The position numbers were made by a program, and so were the translations under genes. A model generated the notes under the pieces. That model saw only the letters and a program-made list of their open reading frames with translations. It made no database searches and was not told the DNA's origin. From an uncultured Methylomirabilota bacterium (lineage in GTDB: Bacteria; Methylomirabilota; Methylomirabilia; Methylomirabilales; 2-02-FULL-66-22), in the NCBI GenBank assembly GCA_963842855.1, contig CAWJHW010000003.1, forward strand, positions 890,811 to 922,810: a DNA stretch of 32,000 bases. The letters are read 5' to 3'. Shown in pieces: positions 17,003 through 25,869 of the stretch (its first letter is position 1; each line of letters starts with the position of its first letter).

Positions 17003-19138
17003 ATGACCTCGACGCTTCGAGTCCTCATGGTGTCCGACGTCTCCCCGCTCTGCATTCTCGGCGGCGCGGAGCGGATCCTGTGGGAGCAAGCCTCCCGCCT
17101 GGCCAAGCGCGGCCACCGGGTCCGCATCGTGAGCCGGCACCCGGCCGAAGCCGTCGCCGAGACTGCCGAGCGGGAGGGCGTGCGCATCCGCCATTATCCC
17201 GCAGACCGGCGCTCGCCCCTCCGCTTCCTGTTCAGCTCGATCCTGGGGGCCCGGCGGGCCGTCACCGCCGCCCTGGCGGAGGAGGGATGCGACATCCTGG
17301 AACTCTACCAGCCCTCCTCCGGCTACGGCGCGCTACGGTCGGATCGCGCCAGGGACCTCCCGTGCCTCTACACGTTCCTGTCGCCTGCTCCGCTGGAATA
17401 CGCCTCCCGCAGCGGAATGACCGGCCATCATCGCCGCGGCCTGATCGGGCGCATGGCCCAACTCATGCTCTGGAGCATCGAAGGGGCCTGTCTCCGGCGT
17501 GCGGCCCGTATTCAGGTCCTGAGCGACTTCTCGGCCGGCCAGCTCTGGAAGCTGTACCGCATCCCGTCGGATCGGATCGTGAAGATCCCCGGAGGCGTCG
17601 ACATCGATCGGTTTCGGCCGGCCGCGGATCGCTCTCTGCTCCGCAAGACGCTTGGCCTTCCCATCGAATCGCCGCTGCTCTTGACCGTCCGGAACCTCGA
17701 GGCGCGCATGGGTCTGGATACCCTGATCCACGCCATGGCGATTCTGCGCCGGGGCGTCCCCGACGTGACGCTCGTGATCGGTGGTGCCGGATCCCTGCGG
17801 GACAATCTGGAATCGCTCACTGCCTCCCTGGAGCTTCAGCACCACGTCCGGTTCCTGGGCTATGTCCCGGAGTCGGACCTGTCCCTGTACTATCAGGCGG
17901 CCGATGCCTTCGTGCTCCCCACACGGGAACTCGAGGGCTTCGGTCTGGTCACGGTGGAGGCGTTGTCCTGCGGCACGCCCGTTCTGGGAACGGCGGTGGG
18001 TGCGATCCCGGAAGTCCTTCTGGATCTGGATTCCTCCTTGCTCCTGCGGGATACGACTCCCCAGGCTATGGCTGACGACCTGGCGCGCTTCTTCGAGGGG
18101 GACCGGCGTGCGCCCGCAGCGAGCCAGTCTCTTCGGTACGCCTGCCGGCGGCACGCGGAGCTTCACTATAACTGGGACGGGTCGGTCGCGCGCCTGGAGG
18201 AGACGCTGAGTCACGTGGCCCGGGATCGGCGCGAGCCGTCGATGGTCGCACGCGCCTGCCCGGCGTGCGGTGGCCTGACCCGGGAGCCGGACCTGGTCTA
18301 TCTCGGCATGCCGTACCTCTGCTGCCCACGCTGTCGAACGGGCGCGGCGAAGACGCTGCCGACCGCGGCGTCGTTGCGGCGGCAGTACGAGCTCGAGTAT
18401 CCGCGCCGCTTCTCCCACGAGCACGTTCCTCAGCCCCGAGCCAGACTCTTCGACCTGCTCCTGGTTCGTCTCGCGGCCCTGGGATCGAGGGGCCGCCTCC
18501 TGGATGTGGGATGCGGCGGCGGCCATCTGCCGGCGTCAGCCAACCAGCGGGGCTGGCGTGGACTGGGCACCGACCTCTCGCATCAGGCCTGTGCCGCCGC
18601 GAGCGGAGCCGGCGTCCCCGTGGTTCAGGCCGAAAGCTCGGCCCTGCCCTTCCGCGACGCGGGCATGGACGCCGTGTCTCTTATCAACGTCCTGGATCAC
18701 ACCCCCGACCCCCTAGCCGCTCTCCGCGAAGCCCACCGGGTCCTGCGGCCCGGGGGGCATCTTGTGATCCGGATTCCCAATGCGGCCTTTCACCGGCCGT
18801 GTGTCCGGCTGCTTCGCTTTCTCGGACCCCTCGCCCGGTCGCGCGGATGGGATCGGTACCCCATCCTCCACCTGTTCGCGCTGACGCCGGGCGGGTTGCG
18901 CTCTTTGGTCAATCGGGCCGGTTTTCACGTGTGCAGGATCCGGAACTCGTCTTTGACGGCCGAAGAGTTCCTTTCGAGGGAGAGAGGGCTGCGCGGGGCG
19001 GCGCTCCGATTGCTTCATGGAGTCATCGCCGCCGGCAGTGCCGGCGTGCAGCTCCTGTCACAGGAACGCTGGCTGGTGGGGCCCTCGATCGAGCTGTACG
19101 CGGAGCGGCCTCCCATCGGGGGCGCAGGGAAACCGTGA
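17003..19138 (+). CDS. bifunctional fusion: GT4 glycosyltransferase (N) + zinc-ribbon SAM methyltransferase (C)
   Basis: 711 aa. N-terminal half: VLMVSDVSPLCILGGAERIL .. AFVLPTRELEGFGLVTVEALSCGTPVLGTAVGAIPEVL. From codon 419 (nt 18257): CPACGG..CCPRC ribbon, LLDVGCGGGHL, VLDHTPDPLAALREAHRVLRPGGHLVIRIPN. Confidence 0.85.
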   Translation: MTSTLRVLMVSDVSPLCILGGAERILWEQASRLAKRGHRVRIVSRHPAEAVAETAEREGVRIRHYPADRRSPLRFLFSSILGARRAVTAALAEEGCDILELYQPSSGYGALRSDRARDLPCLYTFLSPAPLEYASRSGMTGHHRRGLIGRMAQLMLWSIEGACLRRAARIQVLSDFSAGQLWKLYRIPSDRIVKIPGGVDIDRFRPAADRSLLRKTLGLPIESPLLLTVRNLEARMGLDTLIHAMAILRRGVPDVTLVIGGAGSLRDNLESLTASLELQHHVRFLGYVPESDLSLYYQAADAFVLPTRELEGFGLVTVEALSCGTPVLGTAVGAIPEVLLDLDSSLLLRDTTPQAMADDLARFFEGDRRAPAASQSLRYACRRHAELHYNWDGSVARLEETLSHVARDRREPSMVARACPACGGLTREPDLVYLGMPYLCCPRCRTGAAKTLPTAASLRRQYELEYPRRFSHEHVPQPRARLFDLLLVRLAALGSRGRLLDVGCGGGHLPASANQRGWRGLGTDLSHQACAAASGAGVPVVQAESSALPFRDAGMDAVSLINVLDHTPDPLAALREAHRVLRPGGHLVIRIPNAAFHRPCVRLLRFLGPLARSRGWDRYPILHLFALTPGGLRSLVNRAGFHVCRIRNSSLTAEEFLSRERGLRGAALRLLHGVIAAGSAGVQLLSQERWLVGPSIELYAERPPIGGAGKP

Positions 19139-20271
19139 TTCACGTGCTTCACATCATCACGCGGCTGGACGTGGGAGGATCCACGGAGAACACCGTGATC
19201 TCCGTCACCCGGATGCCGCGCCCAGAGTTCGCGTGCAGCTTGATCTCGGGACAGACGACAGACCCTCCTCCAGGCCTCGCCGCGAGCCTGTCCCGCGCCG
19301 GCGTACCCTGGGTCCAGTTACGACACCTCGTCCGTCCCGTGCGTCCCATGGCGGACTGCCGGGCCCTGTGGCAATTGCGCTGCGCGATCCGGCGGATGGG
19401 GCCGGACATCGTCCATACCCATTCGTCCAAGGCCGGGTTCCTGGGACGGCTGGCGGCACGGGCCGTCGGCGTCCCTCACATCGTGCACACACCACACGGA
19501 CACGTCTTCGAGGGGTACTTCTCCCCGGTGGCGACGCGCGCCTTCACCGCACTGGAGCGGCTGGCGGCCCGGTGGACAGACCGGATCATCACCCTGAGCG
19601 ACGGCGAGGCGCAGGACCATCTCAGATTGCGAATCGGCCGTCCCGAGCAGTTCGTCACGATTCCCAGCGGCGTGGACCTTGACACGCTGCGCGCCGCGTC
19701 CCCGGCGTCCCTCCTGTCCGGGCGTCCGGTGATCGGCGCAGTCGCGCGTCTGGTCCCCATCAAGGGCCTCCAGTACCTGATCGACGCCGCGCCGGAGATT
19801 CTCCGGCGATGCCCCGATGCCCGGTTCCTCCTGGTGGGGGACGGGGAGATGCGACCGGCACTGGAAGCCCAGGCGGACGCCCTCGGTCTTTCCGACCGGA
19901 TCGTCTTCACCGGCTTTCGAGAGGACATCCCCGCGCTCATCGCCGGCATGGATGTCTTCGTCCTTCCGTCGATCAACGAGGGCATGGGTCGGGTCCTGGT
20001 CATGGCCATGGCCCTGGGAAAACCGATCGTGGCGACCAGGGTGGGTGGGGTGGCCGAGCTGCTGGGTGACGGGGAGGCGGGGTTGCTCGTGCCGCCTCGT
20101 GATCCCGCGGCCCTGGCTGAGGCCACGACCACACTGCTTCGAGACGCGACCCGAGCTTCCGCCCTGGCGGAGGCGGGACGCCGGCGCGCCCCCCGCTACA
20201 GTGCCGAGGCGATGCTGGGGGCGCTGGCCAAGGTGTACCACGAGGTGCTCTCGCATGGCCGGCCACGGTAG
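19135..20271 (+). CDS. glycosyltransferase, GT4 type
   Basis: GTG 19135 overlaps the previous stop (GTGA). VIHVLHIITRLDVGGSTEN .. VFVLPSINEGMGRVLVMAMALGKPIVATRVGGVAELL. The rest of track ORF 18265..20271 is an out-of-frame overlap with the fusion gene. Confidence 0.85.
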   Translation: MIHVLHIITRLDVGGSTENTVISVTRMPRPEFACSLISGQTTDPPPGLAASLSRAGVPWVQLRHLVRPVRPMADCRALWQLRCAIRRMGPDIVHTHSSKAGFLGRLAARAVGVPHIVHTPHGHVFEGYFSPVATRAFTALERLAARWTDRIITLSDGEAQDHLRLRIGRPEQFVTIPSGVDLDTLRAASPASLLSGRPVIGAVARLVPIKGLQYLIDAAPEILRRCPDARFLLVGDGEMRPALEAQADALGLSDRIVFTGFREDIPALIAGMDVFVLPSINEGMGRVLVMAMALGKPIVATRVGGVAELLGDGEAGLLVPPRDPAALAEATTTLLRDATRASALAEAGRRRAPRYSAEAMLGALAKVYHEVLSHGRPR

Positions 20272-21820
20272 CCCTGCCGCCGGTGAGCACAGGCCCCGGC
20301 AACTCCCGAGGCAGATCCTCGGGTGCAGGGCCGGGTGCCTCACGCTGGCACTGGTTGCCTTCCTCCTGGGGCTCTCGCCGGCCCAGGCAGCCGGGCCGCT
20401 GCGTCAATTCCCTGCGGCGGTGCACGTTCACTCGACATGGAGCAGCGGAACCCAGACGCTGGATGAGCTGATCGCCCGGGCGCGCGCAGTAGGCGTCGAG
20501 GCCATCTTCCTGACGGAGAATCACCTGCTGCGATATGAATACGGGTTGCCCCCCCTGCGGAACATTCTCCGGTACCGCGTGGAGTTTCCGTCGCTGCTCA
20601 GCCGGGGGCCCGAGGCGTTCCTGCAGGCGGTCCAGGAGGTGAATGCTCGCCAGAAAGATGTCCTGGTTATTCCAGGCGCGCAGGTCATCCCCCACTACTA
20701 TTGGACCGGCAGCCTCCTCCAGCGAACGCTGACCATGCACGACACACAGAAGGACATCCTGGCCTTGGGCCTGTACCGCGCCGAGGATTACCGGAACCTC
20801 CCCGCGGTCGGAAACCTCGGCGCAGCCCGCTGGGGTCCGGCAAGCCTCTGGCTCCTCTGGCCAGCGGCCCTCGTGGCGCCAGGAGCCTGGCTGCTCCGAG
20901 CGAGACGGCGCAGTCCCGTTCGCCTCCAATACTTCACAGTCACTGTGGAGCGTCGATACACAGGCTATGGAATTCTCTGCCTCGCGATCGCGGCGCTGTT
21001 TCTGGCGAACAACTTCCCCTTCACGACCCCCCCCGTCTCCCCATATGACCCGCTCGCCGGGTTGCGGCCGCACCAGGCAGCCATCGACTACGTGAACTCC
21101 CGCGGGGGCGCCTCGGTCTGGTCGCTGCCCGAGGCGCGCGATCACCAGGTGGTCGCCGTGGCAGGGTTGCAGGCCACCATCAACACGGACCCCTACCCAT
21201 CAGCCCTGCTGGCGACGGATCGTTTCACAGCCTTCGGCGGGATCTACGAGGACACCACCACGTTCACGCAGCCCGGCGGGGGATGGGACCGCCTCCTGGC
21301 CGATTACCTCGGCGGCCGCCGAGCCGCTCCCGCCTGGGCCATCGGAGAGGCGGCATACCATGAGGAGGGGCAAGCCGGTAAGCGGTTCGGCACAGTCCTG
21401 ACGGTCTTCCTGGTGGATCGGAAGGATCCTCCCGCCCTCATGGAGGCCCTGCGCGCCGGACGCTTCTACGCCCTGCAGCGCAGGCCGGAGGCCGGCCTCG
21501 TCCTCGACCAGTTCCAGGTCCTCCTCCCCGAACGCCCGCCCGCTGAAGCGGGTGACCGGGTCATGCTCCACGCCGGCGATCGGCCCGAGGTCCGCGCCGC
21601 GATCCATGCCGTGGGGAACCCACGGATCGCCATCCAGGTCCAGCTGGTCCGTAACGGGCTGGTCGTGCATTCGCTCCGCGCCGAAGCGCCGGTCACCCTG
21701 CGCTGGACCGAGCCTGCGCCGCCTGCGGAGGCCGGCCTGTTCTATCGCCTGGAAGTTCGCGGGCCGGGCGAGCACCAGATTCTGAGCAACCCCATTTTCG
21801 TCCAGAGCGCGGGAGGATAG
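20255..21820 (+). CDS. PHP-domain-like phosphoesterase with N-terminal signal peptide/anchor and internal hydrophobic segments
   Basis: ATG 20255 inside track ORF 19817..21820. LTLALVAFLLGLSPAQAAGP (signal-like), then VHVHSTWSSGTQTLDELIARARAVGVEAIFLTENH (PHP motif I/II pattern HxH..S..G .. T-D/E-H). Mid-protein hydrophobic stretches LWLLWPAALVAPGAWLL and GILCLAIAALFLANNF. Confidence 0.55.
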   Translation: MAGHGSPAAGEHRPRQLPRQILGCRAGCLTLALVAFLLGLSPAQAAGPLRQFPAAVHVHSTWSSGTQTLDELIARARAVGVEAIFLTENHLLRYEYGLPPLRNILRYRVEFPSLLSRGPEAFLQAVQEVNARQKDVLVIPGAQVIPHYYWTGSLLQRTLTMHDTQKDILALGLYRAEDYRNLPAVGNLGAARWGPASLWLLWPAALVAPGAWLLRARRRSPVRLQYFTVTVERRYTGYGILCLAIAALFLANNFPFTTPPVSPYDPLAGLRPHQAAIDYVNSRGGASVWSLPEARDHQVVAVAGLQATINTDPYPSALLATDRFTAFGGIYEDTTTFTQPGGGWDRLLADYLGGRRAAPAWAIGEAAYHEEGQAGKRFGTVLTVFLVDRKDPPALMEALRAGRFYALQRRPEAGLVLDQFQVLLPERPPAEAGDRVMLHAGDRPEVRAAIHAVGNPRIAIQVQLVRNGLVVHSLRAEAPVTLRWTEPAPPAEAGLFYRLEVRGPGEHQILSNPIFVQSAGG

Positions 21821-21823
21821 ACG

Positions 21824-22525
21824 GTGAAGATCGCCATCCACCAACCGCAGTACCTCCCATGGTTGGGATACTTCGACAAGCTCGATTCCGCCGACGTCTT
21901 TATCTTTCTGGACACGGTGCAGTTCAAGAAGCACGAATGGCAGAACCGCAACCGCATCCGGACCAAGGATGGCTGGCAATGGCTGACCGTCCCCATCATC
22001 GACCGCTTCCCCGAGCAGATCGATCGGGTGGAGGTCAACGCCAAGACGGACTGGCAACGCAAGCACTGCCAGGCCCTTCGCCTTCACTACGGCCGCGCCC
22101 CCTTCTGGGATCCCCTCGGCCCGGAACTCGTCGCCCTGCTGGAGAGCCCATGGACCCGGCTCAGCGACCTGAACATCGCGGCCACTGACCTGCTCTGTCG
22201 GTACCTCGGCATCCGGACGCCCCGCCTCCTGGCTTCAGGCCTCTCGGCCCGGGAGGAGCCGACCGACCGCCTGATCGACCTCTGCCGGGCGGCGGGGGGC
22301 ACGGCGTACCTGGCCGGCCAATCCGGCCCCTCCTACATGGATGTCGGCCGCTTCTCCAAGGCAGGGATTGCCGTCCAGGTCCAGTCCTACACGCATCCCC
22401 AGTACCCGCAGCGACATCAGCCTTTCATTTCACACCTGGCGGTGGTAGATTTACTGTTCAATTGCGGCCCCGAGAGCCTCAACGTCCTCCGGTCGGGTCG
22501 GTGCTGGTCACCCATCCCGTCGTGA
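21824..22525 (+). CDS. WbqC-family protein
   Basis: VKIAIHQPQYLPWLGYFDKLDSADVFIFLDTVQFKKHEWQNRNRIRTKDGWQWLTVPI is the characteristic WbqC N-terminal block. GTG start 3 nt after the previous stop. Confidence 0.85.
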   Translation: MKIAIHQPQYLPWLGYFDKLDSADVFIFLDTVQFKKHEWQNRNRIRTKDGWQWLTVPIIDRFPEQIDRVEVNAKTDWQRKHCQALRLHYGRAPFWDPLGPELVALLESPWTRLSDLNIAATDLLCRYLGIRTPRLLASGLSAREEPTDRLIDLCRAAGGTAYLAGQSGPSYMDVGRFSKAGIAVQVQSYTHPQYPQRHQPFISHLAVVDLLFNCGPESLNVLRSGRCWSPIPS

Positions 22526-22577
22526 GGCGCGCCCAAGGGACAGAACCCGAAGACTGCACCGCCCGGAGGGAGAGCCC

Positions 22578-23198
22578 ATGCGCATCCTCGCCATTGGTGC
22601 CCACCCTGACGACATCGAGTTCGGCTGCGGCGGAACCCTGATCAAGTACGCGCGGCAGGGACACGACGTCTTTCTGCTGGTCATGACCGACGGGAGTGGG
22701 GGCGGCGACGGCGCGGTTCGCCGCCAAGAGCAAGAGGACTCGGCCCGGATCATTCGGGCGTACAAGCTGTTTTGGGGGGGCTACCAGGATACCGCCATTC
22801 CTTTGGACCGCGCGCTCATCCAGCGCCTCGAGAAGGTGATCAAAGAAGTTCAGCCTGATTTCATTTTTGTCCACTATCACGACGACACCCACCAGGACCA
22901 TCGACACCTGGCCACCTCCACCATCACCGCCACCCGCTACACCCGAAACGTCCTCTTCTACGAAGGTCCCACCACCCAGAACTTTTCGCCGAGCGTCTTC
23001 GTGGACGTGGATAGCGTCCTGGCGGACAAGGTCGCAACCCTCCAGGCCCATGCCTCCCAGGTCAGCAAGACCAACATCGAGGGGCTCTCCATCGTGGACA
23101 TCGCCCGGTCCTCCGCCCACTTCCGCGGGATCCAGGGCCGCGTCAAGAACGGCGAAGGCTTCGTCCCCCTCCGGCTGTTCATCAACATCAGCCCCTGA
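22578..23198 (+). CDS. PIG-L/LmbE-family N-acetylglucosaminyl deacetylase
   Basis: MRILAIGAHPDDIEFGCGGTLIKY (AHPDD motif), HYHDDTHQDHRH (HxDH). Good RBS GGAGGGAG upstream of the ATG. Confidence 0.9.
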   Translation: MRILAIGAHPDDIEFGCGGTLIKYARQGHDVFLLVMTDGSGGGDGAVRRQEQEDSARIIRAYKLFWGGYQDTAIPLDRALIQRLEKVIKEVQPDFIFVHYHDDTHQDHRHLATSTITATRYTRNVLFYEGPTTQNFSPSVFVDVDSVLADKVATLQAHASQVSKTNIEGLSIVDIARSSAHFRGIQGRVKNGEGFVPLRLFINISP

Positions 23199-23247
23199 GG
23201 GGTTGGCAATCGGGCAACCGGGACAGAGCGGGGGAAGGGGGGGCGCT

Positions 23248-23631
23248 ATGGCTGAAGGTCTACGGGGGTTGAGGATCTACCAATTGGCTGAGGATCTTTC
23301 CGATGAAATCTGGGCAGAGGTATTAACCTGGAAGCCATTTGCACGCGACACGGTAGGCCGCCAGCTTGTCGAAGCCGCAGACTCGATCGGAGGGAATAGC
23401 GCAGAGGGGTAGGGTCGGTATCATTACAAGGACAATCGCCAGTTCCAATTCTATGCTCGCGGGTCTCTCGAAGAGGCAGGGCACTGGCTGCGCCGAGCCC
23501 TCCGACGTGGACTCGTCTCCGAAGGACGATATGAGGGTCTAGCGGGGAGGGTCGTGGAATTGGCCCCTCAATTGAACGCGTACATTCGAACCCTTGAGCG
23601 GAAGGCAAAGGTTGAACGGGCCAAGCCCTGA
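23248..23631 (+). pseudogene. four-helix-bundle protein (23S rRNA intervening-sequence protein / Avd-like family) with in-frame TAG
   Basis: One frame reads LRIYQLAEDLSDEIWAEV..GRQLVEAADSIGGNSAEG * GRYHYKDNRQFQFYARGSLEEAGHWLRRA..*, matching the family pattern (Y..A..L...i, QL.RAa.SI.aNIAEG-x-GR, F..iArGSl.E). TAG at 23410-23412 sits at the x position. The frame is retained to TGA 23629-23631. Confidence 0.75.
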
Positions 23632-23693
23632 CAACTCCTTGATGCGGGATCGCCAGATTGCCTGACCGCCGGATTGCCCAATTGCCCATTCTA

Positions 23694-24829
23694 TACATGA
23701 CGACCTAAATAATGCCGCATAATCTGGCGAGCAGTGGATTGGGTTTTCTCCACAGATTCAGTTGAGCCGAGACGGCGGCTACCAGGTCCGTGAGCAGCGG
23801 AAAGTATTGGTTGTGGGTACACAGCTTTCGGGCGAGCTTCCAGACGCGTTCGATCGGGTTCAACTCCGGGCTGTAGGGCGGTAGGAAGGCACACGAGAGC
23901 ACCTGGTGCTTCTCCCGCAGAAACGGCCGCACCAGCGTGGCGTGATGGTACCGCGCGTTGTCCAACATCAGGACGAGCCGCCGCTGCGGGCGGCGATGCC
24001 GCAGCAGGACGCGGAGAAAGGCGCCGAACGTGACCGCATCGAACGTCGGGCAGAGCTGGGTCACGAGCTGCCCGGTGCGGAGGTTGACCGCGCCGAAGAG
24101 GGCCACGGACTTCCGGGTCGGGGCGTGGAACAGCACGGGATCGGTGTCTTCCGGGGGCACCCACATGCGACACCGGGTGCCATGCTGCTGGAAATGGCAT
24201 TCGTCGAGGCTCCAGAGGTCAAGGCCGTCGGCGCGGGCGAGCCGGCGGAGTTTTTTTATATGCCGCCTGCGCCGCCGGATCGGCGTGCGCGATCAGCGGG
24301 CGCGGCTTCCGCAGCCGGAAGGCCAGGCTGGCGGAACAGGCGCTGGCACTGGCGCACCCCGAGGGGGACGCCGTGCACCTGCGCCAGGTGATGGGCGAGG
24401 AGCTTCCCGTCCCAGAGATTCTGGGCGTAGCCGAAGTCCCGCGGGTTCCGGCGCAGCTCCCGGTTGACCGCGTCCCACTGCGCCGGCTCGAGCCGCCGGG
24501 GCCGGCCGCTCCGTTCGCCCTCGTGCAGCCCGGCGAAGCCCCGCGCTTCAAATCGCTGCACCCAGCGTTCGATGGTCCGGGGGTCCTGGCCGAGGAGGCC
24601 GGCCACGTCATAGCAACTGAGGCCGTGGGTCACCAACAGGACCCCGTGCAGGCGATGGTCATAGCGCGCTTCCTCGGAACGGAAGATTTCTTGCTGCAAC
24701 GCGAACTGCATGATCTCGGCATCGGCGATCGCCAATTTGCGCATGGTCATGCCCTCCTTGTCGCTATCATGACAGGAAAGGCATGAACATGGCAAGATAA
24801 TTATGCGGCATTACTTATGACGCTATGTA
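23694..24829 (-). mobile_element. IS630-family element, two-ORF type (copy A), defective
   Basis: Terminal IRs TACATGACGACCTAAATAATGCCGCATAAT (left) versus reverse complement TACATAGCGTCATAAGTAATGCCGCATAAT (right). TA at 23692-23693 and 24830-24831. Transposase stop lies inside the IR. Confidence 0.8.
23705..24744 (-). pseudogene. IS630-family transposase of copy A (A7 frameshift site plus one extra disabling frameshift)
   Basis: MRKLAIADAEIMQFALQQEIFRSEEARYDHRLHGVLL.. (HTH part, RBS AAGGAGGG). The frame breaks near 24326 (..CQRLFRQ / LAFRLRKPRP..). A7 run at 24251-24257. DDE part LWSLDECHFQQHG .. MLDNARYHH .. FLPPYSPELNPIERVW in the +1 frame. Confidence 0.75.
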
Positions 24830-25869
24830 TAGTACCGCATTCGAGACCCTGGATCACGGCCGCCGACGTGCGCGCGGTATCCCGCGTGCTGCGAAGCGGC
24901 GCCCTGGCGCAGGGGGCCGAAGTGGCCAGTTTGGAGGCCGAGGTCGGTGGGTGGCTGGGGCTCCCGCCCGGCGTGGCGGTCAACTCGGGAACCGCGGCCC
25001 TGCACCTGGCGCTGCTGGGGTTGGACATCGGCCAGGGGGATGAGGTGATCCTGCCCAGCTACGTGTGCGTTGCCCCCTTGCACGCCGTGGAGTACGTCGG
25101 GGCGACGCCCCGCCTGGCCGATGTGGATCCGGACACGTATAACCTCGATCCCGCGGATGTCCGGCGTCGCCTGACGCGCCGCACCCGCGCGATCATTGTC
25201 CCGCATCAATTTGGCCTCCCTGCGGACCTGGACGGCCTGCTGGCGGTCGGCATCCCCGTGATCGAGGATTGCGCACAGGCGATTGGCGCCCGCTATTCCG
25301 GACGGCCCGTGGGGACGCTCGGGACCGCGGCCATCGTCTCTTTCTACGCCACCAAACTCTTGACCACCGGCGAGGGAGGCATGCTGCTTAGTCGGGACCG
25401 CCGGCTGCTCGCCCGCATGCGGGACCGGCGCGACTACGATGAGCGCCGCCGGCACGCGCTGCGGTTCAACTACAAGCTCACTGACTTCCAGGCCGCCCTG
25501 GGGCGGAGCCAGTTGCGGCGCCTGCCCGCCATGCTCTCCCGGCGGGCAGCCATCGCCCGACGCTACCGGCGCGGCTGGGCGGGTCTCCCCATTGCGCTCC
25601 CGCCCCCGGCCCACGGGCGGAGCCACGTCTACCATCGCTTCGTCATCGGCGCGCCGAACACGGCCGGGACCGTGGCGCGCCGGCTGGCCGGATTGGGTGT
25701 CACCGCTCGACCGCCCGTGTACCGGCCCATTCACCTGACGCTAGGACTGGAAGGGTTCCCAGGGGCGACTCATGCCTTTCGGCACGCGCTATCTGTGCCG
25801 CTGTATCCCGCGCTCACCTCCCGTGAAGAATCCATCGTCATTCGCGCCGTCCAGCGGGTCTTTGCATGA
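24817..25869 (+). CDS. DegT/DnrJ/EryC1-family sugar aminotransferase (second copy); first codons supplied by the IS end
   Basis: IVPHSRPWITAADVRAVSRVLRSGALAQGAEVASLE, VNSGTAALHLALLGL, GDEVILPSYVCVAPLHAV, SFYATKLLTTGEGGM. ATG 24817 lies inside the right IR of IS copy A. Confidence 0.85.
   Translation: MTLCIVPHSRPWITAADVRAVSRVLRSGALAQGAEVASLEAEVGGWLGLPPGVAVNSGTAALHLALLGLDIGQGDEVILPSYVCVAPLHAVEYVGATPRLADVDPDTYNLDPADVRRRLTRRTRAIIVPHQFGLPADLDGLLAVGIPVIEDCAQAIGARYSGRPVGTLGTAAIVSFYATKLLTTGEGGMLLSRDRRLLARMRDRRDYDERRRHALRFNYKLTDFQAALGRSQLRRLPAMLSRRAAIARRYRRGWAGLPIALPPPAHGRSHVYHRFVIGAPNTAGTVARRLAGLGVTARPPVYRPIHLTLGLEGFPGATHAFRHALSVPLYPALTSREESIVIRAVQRVFA

Noticed and set aside
23248-23631. The four-helix-bundle gene as the Avd component of a diversity-generating retroelement
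   Set aside because: No reverse transcriptase ORF and no template/variable repeat pair are visible anywhere in the window.
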